Positions 1 through 5,053 of a stretch of DNA of 5,053 nucleotides are shown here, piece after piece. Source of the stretch: a virus (lineage: Duplodnaviria; Heunggongvirae; Uroviricota; Caudoviricetes); IMG/VR virus record IMGVR_UViG_2778261058_000018, positions 1 to 5,053 of that record, one strand, 5' to 3'. Below the pieces are notes generated by a model. That model was given only the letters and a program-made list of their open reading frames with translations. It did not search any database and had not been told where the DNA came from. The translations under genes were made by a program, and so were the position numbers. Position 1 is the stretch's first letter. Every line of letters starts with the position of its first letter.

Positions 1-414
1 GCCAGTGACACCATAAAAATGGTTTACACCGGAGACGGGCGCGTGGTGTGGGTTGGTAAGGATGTGACAGGTATTGAACCCCGTAACGCCAGTGTTATTG
101 AAATTCCTGATATTACCGCTAACCGCCGCATTACCGCACCGGGTTACTGGTTTTACCGCAATGATGAATTTGTTTTCGACTACAAACTTAAAGCGGAAGA
201 TGAGCGTGATGCCCTCTTAAAACAGGTCAGCATCATGACCAGCGAATGGGAAAAAGACCTGCTGCTGGGATTAATCAGCGATGAAGACAGGGAAAAACTG
301 AAAGCGTACCGCATTTACGCGAAATCGCTGCAGGCGCTGGATTTCAGCACCATCACTGATAAAACCTCATATAACGCCATCAACTGGCCGGAGCGTCCCG
401 ATGCCGCAGCTTAA
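1..414 (+). CDS. tfa: Tail fibre assembly protein (Tfa-type), 5'-partial; C-terminal ~138 codons in window
   Basis: The reading frame is open from window position 1 (first ATG at 19), so the gene most likely begins upstream. The C-terminal residues ...LKAYRIYAKSLQALDFSTITD...INWPERP follow the conserved C-terminal pattern of lambda Tfa as I recall it (..LEAWKKYRVLLNRVDTST..IEWPAVP..). Stop TAA at 412-414 overlaps the next gene's ATG at 401, suggesting translational coupling. Confidence 0.75.
   Translation, partial: ASDTIKMVYTGDGRVVWVGKDVTGIEPRNASVIEIPDITANRRITAPGYWFYRNDEFVFDYKLKAEDERDALLKQVSIMTSEWEKDLLLGLISDEDREKLKAYRIYAKSLQALDFSTITDKTSYNAINWPERPDAAA
390..393 (+). promoter_or_regulatory. Shine-Dalgarno (GGAG) for stf
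   Basis: GGAG lies 7 nt upstream of ATG 401, inside the 3' end of the upstream tfa ORF. Confidence 0.5.
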
Positions 415-3400
415 AGGTGTGATTAAAACTCCCACGGGTGAACCGCTGGGCGGCGCAACCATTACACTGACCTCCCTGCACAACCGTGCAGGGATTCTGA
501 AAAGTGTTTTCAGCCATGTCACCACACAGAACGGGGAGTATGACTTCCCCGTTCTGCCGGGTGTGTACAGCGTTCGCCTGACACAAAGCACACAGCGCCT
601 TTCAGAAATCGGTGTCATCCGCGTTTATGAAGATTCAGCGGATGGTTCGCTGAATGATTTTCTGGGCGCAACCGATATTGACCTGCGCCCGGAAGCCCTG
701 AAGAAATTCGAAGAGCTGGCGCAACAGGCGCAGCAAAGCGCAGAAAAAGCAGGAGAGCACGCCACCGCTGCTGAACAGGCCCGTCAGGATACAGAAACGC
801 TCGCCGGGGAAATACAGCAGGATGCAGAAGAAATTGCAGGTAATGTGCAGAAAGCTGAAAAGCTGGCCTCTGAAACAAACCAGAATGCCGCCCGCGCAGA
901 GCAGGCCGTCAAGGATGCCGACCTGATAGTCCAGAAAGCGGTCGATAAACTTGGTGAAGCTGCAACGCTGACCGGCGAGGCAAAAGCCAGCGCAGAAGCG
1001 GCAGCAAAAAGCGAGCAGAACGCGAAACAGCACAGGGACGAGGCGCAACGGATAGTCGATGACCTGAAAGGAACCAGCGCCAGCACGACGCAAAAAGGCC
1101 TGGTGCAACTCTGTAGTGACACGGACAACGACAGCGAGGAACTGGCAGCCACACCAAAGGCTGTCAAAACCGTCATGGACGAGACGAAAACAAAAGCGCC
1201 ACTGGACAGCCCGGCGTTCACCGGCACGCCAACCACACCAACCCCACCGGACGATGCAGTCGGTCTGGAAACCGCGAACGCGGCATTTGTCCGCAAACTG
1301 CTTGCCGCACTGGTTGACTCGTCCCCGGATGCCCTGGACACGCTGAATGAGCTGGCAGCTGCGCTGGGCAATGACCCGGAGTTTGCGACAACAATCATGA
1401 ACGCGCTGGCGGGTAAACAACCACTCAGTGACGTGTTAACCGCAATCAGTAATCTGGAAGAACGGGCAGATAATCTTCTGTGCTTTAATCAGGACGGGAA
1501 TGCTTCACTGTCTCCGCTGTCAGAAAAAGCCCGGTCACTGCTGGCACAGGCCACAGTGGAAGCCATGCGTAATGAGCTTGAGCTGAAAAGCGCAGCGGTA
1601 AGGGACATACAGACAGACCTTTACGACAGCACGGAAGGTCGCGTTGCGCTGCCTGGTGCATTTGGTTACGGAATGACGGACGCCGGAGCACGTTCAATTA
1701 TTGCCAGCAATATAGCGGATATAGCCAGAACCGCTCACAACCTGCACCCGGGACGGTATTACACCTTTTCCACGCGAACGGAAGAAACCACCGGGATAAC
1801 AGAAATTATCTGGCTGGATAATGGCTGGGGCGACAAAACCAGCCAGACAGCAACAAAGCTGGTTCTGTTCTTTGGAAAAGACGGACGGATTCTTATGACC
1901 GTTCGTGGCGATAATATCTCCGCCCCGGTCACCTGGACGAATCTGACGCCACAACTGGGCAATGCAGCACAAAAGGATGCGCAGGAGAATATTTACGACC
2001 GCACCGAAGGCCGCCTGGCGATTCCTGGCATGTTCGGTTTCGGGAAAATATTTTCCAGTAGCGACAGAACTGAATTTAAATCAGGGACTGATTTTCTCAG
2101 GTGGGTAAAAACAGCAAAACCCGGTCGTTATACCGTATTTGCGGACACAAATGTGGTGGTACCTGGCATACAGACAAACGGTGTTATTGAAATTATCTGG
2201 CCACAACCTAAAACCAGCCCGAATGATGAGTATGCCTATAAGATAATTATTTATTACGGTGTTAATGGTCATATTTATTATAACCGTTGCGCGGTGTCAT
2301 CAGATGGTGGTTATCTGGTTGGCTGGGAAAACCTGAAGGTTGATGAGGCTTCACTCAGGGCACTGATTGAAGCCCGCGCACCACTGAAAAGTCCGGCACT
2401 GACCGGAACTCCGACAGCACCAACACCGCCGGATGATGCAGCAGGTAATGAAATAGCCAATGCGGAGTTTGTCCGCAAACTGCTCGCTGCGCTGGTTGGC
2501 TCATCACCGGAAGCCCTCGACACACTGAACGAGCTGGCGGCGGCACTGGGCAATGACCCGAACTTTGCGACAACGGTCACTAATGCACTGGCAGGTAAAC
2601 AGCCGCTTAATGATGTGTTAACGGCTGTCAGCCAGATAACACCGGAAGAAAACACGCTGCCTTATTTCAGCGCAGATGGCCGGATTTTACTGGCGCAGCT
2701 GTCAGAAAAAGCCCGCGCATTACTGGCACTGGACACACCTGAAGCCATGCGCACGGAGCTTGAGCTGAAAGCGGCTGCGACGATGGAACCCCAGAGCGAT
2801 ATCCGCGACCGCACACCGGGCAGGCTGGCACTGTCCGGCATGTATGGGTTCGGTCAGGCATTTGCCAGCACCGAAGCCCTGACATTTGACGGACAGGCCG
2901 ATTTTGCTGAATGGCTGAAAGAGGCCACGCCGGGGCGTTATGCGGTCAGCATTGCGGACTCTTCCACACTACTGGCAGGCACCACAAAATTTAACGGCAT
3001 CATTGATGTGATGTGGTCGCCCTTTGATAACGATGAATCAGACACAACGCGTAAATTCAAAATGCTGCTGTGTTTTAACCAGTATTACGAAGGTGAGCAC
3101 AGTATTCATCGCCTGACTTACCGCTGGAGTGGAAACAACTGGAATGCAACAGTAAGCCCTGTCATTTACGACGGCGATTCGCTGGCGTTCTTACTGTCCC
3201 GGACAGCAGGCTCAGGCTCATATTTCAAATACCCGGCAGTGGGTGTTCCGGTGCTGGCTGTTTATCGCGGAACAACTTCCGGGGATAAAGAAATCAAAAT
3301 TGGCCTGGGTGATGTGGTGCAGGGGTCACAACTGGGCGGAGTTAATCTTTCGTGCACAATATCTTCTGCCGGGCCTGGCTCTTACGGTTCAACACCAAGT

Positions 3401-3508
3401 GCAGGAGCAACAGGGTACACTTTTCCGGGGCGTTATATGGCGTTATCCGGGGTCAGGGACTCTTACGGAACAAGCGGTCGTATCTGCCTGTTTGTGCGCA
3501 TCGAGTAA
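401..3508 (+). CDS. stf: Side tail fibre protein, lambda Stf-type, 1035 aa, modular
   Basis: ATG at 401 with GGAG at 390-393 (7-nt spacer); 1035 codons; stop TAA at 3506-3508. The N-terminus (..GVIRVYEDSADGSLNDFLGATDIDLRPEALKKFEEL..) and the segment TTQKGLVQL..LAATPKAVKTVMDETKTKAPLDSPAFTGTPT..ALDTLNELAAALGNDPEFATT..NALAGKQP resemble lambda Stf as recalled. An Ala/Glu/Gln-rich coiled-coil-like shaft spans aa ~105-225. Long uninterrupted ORF with uniform coding character. Confidence 0.9.
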   Translation: MPQLKGVIKTPTGEPLGGATITLTSLHNRAGILKSVFSHVTTQNGEYDFPVLPGVYSVRLTQSTQRLSEIGVIRVYEDSADGSLNDFLGATDIDLRPEALKKFEELAQQAQQSAEKAGEHATAAEQARQDTETLAGEIQQDAEEIAGNVQKAEKLASETNQNAARAEQAVKDADLIVQKAVDKLGEAATLTGEAKASAEAAAKSEQNAKQHRDEAQRIVDDLKGTSASTTQKGLVQLCSDTDNDSEELAATPKAVKTVMDETKTKAPLDSPAFTGTPTTPTPPDDAVGLETANAAFVRKLLAALVDSSPDALDTLNELAAALGNDPEFATTIMNALAGKQPLSDVLTAISNLEERADNLLCFNQDGNASLSPLSEKARSLLAQATVEAMRNELELKSAAVRDIQTDLYDSTEGRVALPGAFGYGMTDAGARSIIASNIADIARTAHNLHPGRYYTFSTRTEETTGITEIIWLDNGWGDKTSQTATKLVLFFGKDGRILMTVRGDNISAPVTWTNLTPQLGNAAQKDAQENIYDRTEGRLAIPGMFGFGKIFSSSDRTEFKSGTDFLRWVKTAKPGRYTVFADTNVVVPGIQTNGVIEIIWPQPKTSPNDEYAYKIIIYYGVNGHIYYNRCAVSSDGGYLVGWENLKVDEASLRALIEARAPLKSPALTGTPTAPTPPDDAAGNEIANAEFVRKLLAALVGSSPEALDTLNELAAALGNDPNFATTVTNALAGKQPLNDVLTAVSQITPEENTLPYFSADGRILLAQLSEKARALLALDTPEAMRTELELKAAATMEPQSDIRDRTPGRLALSGMYGFGQAFASTEALTFDGQADFAEWLKEATPGRYAVSIADSSTLLAGTTKFNGIIDVMWSPFDNDESDTTRKFKMLLCFNQYYEGEHSIHRLTYRWSGNNWNATVSPVIYDGDSLAFLLSRTAGSGSYFKYPAVGVPVLAVYRGTTSGDKEIKIGLGDVVQGSQLGGVNLSCTISSAGPGSYGSTPSAGATGYTFPGRYMALSGVRDSYGTSGRICLFVRIE
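1196..1450 (+). repeat. Intragenic direct repeat copy 1 (Stf collar segment, aa 266-350)
   Basis: In-frame duplicate of 2378-2632. Identical nucleotide runs include tttgtccgcaaactgct, ctgggcaatgacccg and tttgcgacaac. About 70 of 85 residues are identical by my hand count (APLDSPAFTGTPTTPTPPDD... vs APLKSPALTGTPTAPTPPDD...). Confidence 0.7.
2378..2632 (+). repeat. Intragenic direct repeat copy 2 (Stf collar segment, aa 660-744)
   Basis: Same frame, 1182 nt downstream of copy 1. Weaker similarity continues for ~70 further codons after each copy (..LSEKAR.LLA....EAMR.ELELK.. then D.T.GR.AL.G..G.G). Confidence 0.7.
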
Positions 3509-3510
3509 CG

Positions 3511-3514
3511 AGGA
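3511..3514 (+). promoter_or_regulatory. Shine-Dalgarno (AGGA) for the fibre-adjacent accessory ORF
   Basis: AGGA lies 8 nt upstream of ATG 3523, in the 14-nt gap after the stf stop. Confidence 0.5.
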
Positions 3515-3522
3515 AATAAAAC

Positions 3523-4098
3523 ATGAAAATCAGAGCGGTAAAAGGCATCAGAAACGCGCATTATCTCGAAAATGGTGCGGTTGACTGCGAGGTGCTATTT
3601 GAAGGTGAAAGGGAATTCGTCCCGTATACCGCCATGCAGGACGATAGCGCCCCGACAGGCCAGCGCATCTGGGAAGAGTTACAGAGCGGCAAATGGGGCG
3701 AAATCGCCCCGTTCACCGTCACGCCGGAACTTATCGCAGCGGCAAAAGATGCCAAAAAGCGGGAAATCGAGGTGTGGCGCACAGAACAGGAAGCGAAGCC
3801 GTTCACGTTCGAATGGAACGGCCACATCTGGAACGCTGGCCCCGACTCACTGGCTCGCCTTTATCCGGTGGTGATGGCATCAAAATCCGATATGGCATGC
3901 GACGTTATGACGTGGGGTGACGCCGATAATCAACAGGTGAAACTGTCGATACAGGAACTGGAAGAACTGGCGACAGCAATGGCGCAGGCACAGGTCGATC
4001 GCAATGACGAGATTTATCAGCGCCAGCGTGAAATGAAGGAGCAGCTTTCCCAGCTGTCCATACTCGACGAGGTGAGAGCGTTAACTGTCGGTGATTAA
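3523..4098 (+). CDS. Putative tail-fibre-associated accessory or chaperone-like protein, 191 aa; function uncertain
   Basis: ATG at 3523 with AGGA 8 nt upstream; starts 14 nt after the stf stop; stop TAA at 4096-4098. Position directly 3' of a fibre gene and size fit a fibre assembly chaperone. However, the C-terminus (..QLSQLSILDEVRALTVGD) lacks the Tfa-type motif seen in the upstream gene, so it would be a different family (possibly DUF4376-like; cannot be verified without an HMM search). Confidence 0.6.
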   Translation: MKIRAVKGIRNAHYLENGAVDCEVLFEGEREFVPYTAMQDDSAPTGQRIWEELQSGKWGEIAPFTVTPELIAAAKDAKKREIEVWRTEQEAKPFTFEWNGHIWNAGPDSLARLYPVVMASKSDMACDVMTWGDADNQQVKLSIQELEELATAMAQAQVDRNDEIYQRQREMKEQLSQLSILDEVRALTVGD

Positions 4099-4120
4099 AT
4101 AATCAGTTTGTATAGTTTAT

Positions 4121-4148
4121 GACGATCGATAACATCATATCGATCGTC
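4121..4148. promoter_or_regulatory. Perfect 11-bp inverted repeat (GACGATCGATA-acatca-TATCGATCGTC) carrying two GATC sites; candidate Dam-sensitive operator and/or weak terminator
   Basis: Read directly from the sequence: arms 4121-4131 and 4138-4148, GATC at 4124-4127 and 4142-4145. Sits in the 123-nt gap between the accessory ORF stop (4098) and com. Followed by GGTTTG rather than a strong T-tract. Confidence 0.4.
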
Positions 4149-4212
4149 GGTTTGCATCGGTTGTGATTAAATACCCCCAGCCCTCCGGGCGCTCATGTCT
4201 GGTTATTACACA

Positions 4213-4218
4213 GGGGGA
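4213..4218 (+). promoter_or_regulatory. Shine-Dalgarno (GGGGGA) for com
   Basis: GGGGGA lies 3 nt upstream of ATG 4222. Confidence 0.5.
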
Positions 4219-4221
4219 ATC

Positions 4222-4407
4222 ATGGACTCTGTTCGCTGTAAAAACTGCAATAAATTACTGTTTAAAGGAGGTTTTAAGCATATAGAAATTAAATGTCCTC
4301 GCTGTAAACGTTACATTGTCATATCGAATGCCAAAGAGCATCCCACGGAGCTGTATTGTGGGAAAAGAGAAGAAATCACGCATTCTGACAAAACCCTGCG
4401 TTATTGA
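4222..4407 (+). CDS. com: Com-like zinc-ribbon translational activator of mom, 61 aa
   Basis: ATG at 4222 preceded by GGGGGA at 4213-4218; stop TGA at 4405-4407. Product [61 protein letters not shown] has paired CxxC motifs (C6/C9, C25/C28) and closely resembles Mu Com as I recall it. The track's longer ORF from ATG 4195 has no ribosome-binding site, so 4222 is preferred. Confidence 0.85.
   Translation: MDSVRCKNCNKLLFKGGFKHIEIKCPRCKRYIVISNAKEHPTELYCGKREEITHSDKTLRY
4341..4363 (+). promoter_or_regulatory. mRNA stem-loop occluding the putative mom SD and GTG start (candidate Com-responsive translation initiation region)
   Basis: UCCCACGG (4341-4348) can pair with UUGUGGGA (4356-4363): six Watson-Crick pairs plus two G-U, loop AGCUGUA. 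The stem includes GGAG 4347-4350 and GTG 4358-4360. Confidence 0.4.
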
Positions 4408-5053
4408 GTATGAAGGCCATATTGTCGGCTATGGTTCAAAGGAGCTGCGTGTTGAAACCATATCCTGCTGGCTGGCCCGCACAATCATTCAGACAAAGCA
4501 TTATTCCCGCCGTTTTGTGAATAACTCCTACCTGCATCTGGGCGTATTCAGCGGACGTGATCTGGTTGGTGTTCTTCAGTGGGGATATGCCCTTAACCCC
4601 AACTCAGGGCGCCGGGTCGTGCTTGAAACGGATAACCGGGGCTATATGGAACTGAACCGTATGTGGTTACACGATGACATGCCCCGCAACTCTGAATCAC
4701 GGGCCATCAGCTACGCGCTGAAAACCATCAGGTTACTGTATCCGTCAGTGGAGTGGGTTCAGTCCTTTGCAGACGAACGTTGCGGACGTGCAGGCGTGGT
4801 ATATCAGGCGTCGAATTTTGATTTTATTGGCAGCCATGAAAGCACGTTCTACGAGCTGGACGGCGAGTGGTATCACGAGATAACGATGAACGCGATTAAG
4901 CGTGGAGGGCAACGAGGCGTGTATTTGCGGGCTAATAAGGAGCGGGCCGTGGTACACAAATTTAATCAATATCGCTACATCAGATTCCTGAATAAGCGTG
5001 CAAAAAAGCGCCTAAACACCAAGCTATTCAGGATTCAGCCATACCCGAAGTGA
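4358..5053 (+). CDS. mom: Mom-like DNA modification protein (adenine N6-acetamido/methylcarbamoyl-type modification, anti-restriction)
   Basis: The frame is open from 4316 (TTG) to stop TGA at 5051-5053 and overlaps the 3' end of com in a different frame, which is the Mu com-mom arrangement. Preferred start is GTG 4358 (GGAG 4347-4350, 7-nt spacer), giving 231 aa. Alternatives are ATG 4328 (no SD) or TTG 4316. The translation (..[36 protein letters not shown]...[20 protein letters not shown]...) matches what I recall of Mu Mom. Confidence 0.85.
   Translation: MGKEKKSRILTKPCVIEYEGHIVGYGSKELRVETISCWLARTIIQTKHYSRRFVNNSYLHLGVFSGRDLVGVLQWGYALNPNSGRRVVLETDNRGYMELNRMWLHDDMPRNSESRAISYALKTIRLLYPSVEWVQSFADERCGRAGVVYQASNFDFIGSHESTFYELDGEWYHEITMNAIKRGGQRGVYLRANKERAVVHKFNQYRYIRFLNKRAKKRLNTKLFRIQPYPK

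Noticed and set aside
635-1420. Long minus-strand ORFs (635..1420, 784..1398, 909..1157, 367..618) antisense to stf
   Set aside because: They lie entirely inside the strongly coding, GC- and Ala-rich + strand fibre gene. Their products are low-complexity Ala/Ser/Cys/Arg-rich with no start signals, which is typical of shadow ORFs.
1196-2632. Diversity-generating retroelement (template/variable repeat pair) targeting the fibre
   Set aside because: Both repeat copies are in frame within one ORF. Mismatches are spread over all bases and are often synonymous (gcg/gca, ctt/ctc) rather than adenine-specific. No reverse transcriptase gene is in the window.
2311-2885. Minus-strand ORFs 2311..2655, 2355..2573 and 2667..2885
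   Set aside because: These are antisense shadows of the second collar repeat of stf, with the same low-complexity composition as the antisense ORFs over the first copy.
3243-3874. Plus- and minus-strand ORFs 3243..3584, 3572..3874 and 3561..3827 overlapping the stf end and the accessory ORF
   Set aside because: They are out of frame with much longer, better-supported ORFs, and their products are basic and low-complexity with no ribosome-binding sites.
4121-4160. The palindrome as a strong rho-independent terminator
   Set aside because: The stem is followed by GGTTTGCATCGG rather than a run of T, so at best it is a weak terminator. It is kept as a regulatory candidate instead.
401-4200. Mu G-segment-like invertible fibre region with gin/pin-type invertase and crossover sites
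   Set aside because: There is no invertase ORF. I found no hix/gix-like 26-bp sites (TTATC..AAACC..GGTTT..GATAA type), and no inverted fibre/chaperone gene pair on the minus strand. Despite the Mu-like com-mom, the fibre module is not Mu-like.
4195-4221. N-terminal extension of com from ATG 4195 (MSGYYTGGI...)
   Set aside because: There is no Shine-Dalgarno upstream of 4195, whereas ATG 4222 has GGGGGA 3 nt upstream and yields a Com-sized product starting just before the first CxxC.
4745-4969. Minus-strand ORF 4745..4969 inside mom
   Set aside because: It is antisense to the well-supported mom frame and has no start context, so it is most likely spurious.

Overview
This window reads as a fragment of a tailed-phage or prophage late region, with every credible gene on the + strand. 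It holds the 3' end of a tail-fibre assembly gene (lambda Tfa-type C-terminus), a 1035-aa lambda-Stf-type side tail fibre gene, a 191-aa fibre-adjacent accessory ORF, and a Mu-type com-mom DNA-modification cassette (zinc-ribbon Com overlapping Mom). The fibre gene carries an internally duplicated collar segment and three tandem tip-like modules. Two non-coding signals stand out: a perfect 11-bp inverted repeat with two GATC sites between the fibre module and com, and a stem-loop inside com that occludes the most likely mom ribosome-binding site and GTG start. I saw no rRNA, tRNA, CRISPR array, transposase, invertase or G-segment-type crossover sites. The minus-strand ORFs in the track look like shadow ORFs of the GC- and Ala-rich fibre gene. 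All homology statements rest on reading the translations and recalling lambda Stf/Tfa and Mu Com/Mom; no database search was run.
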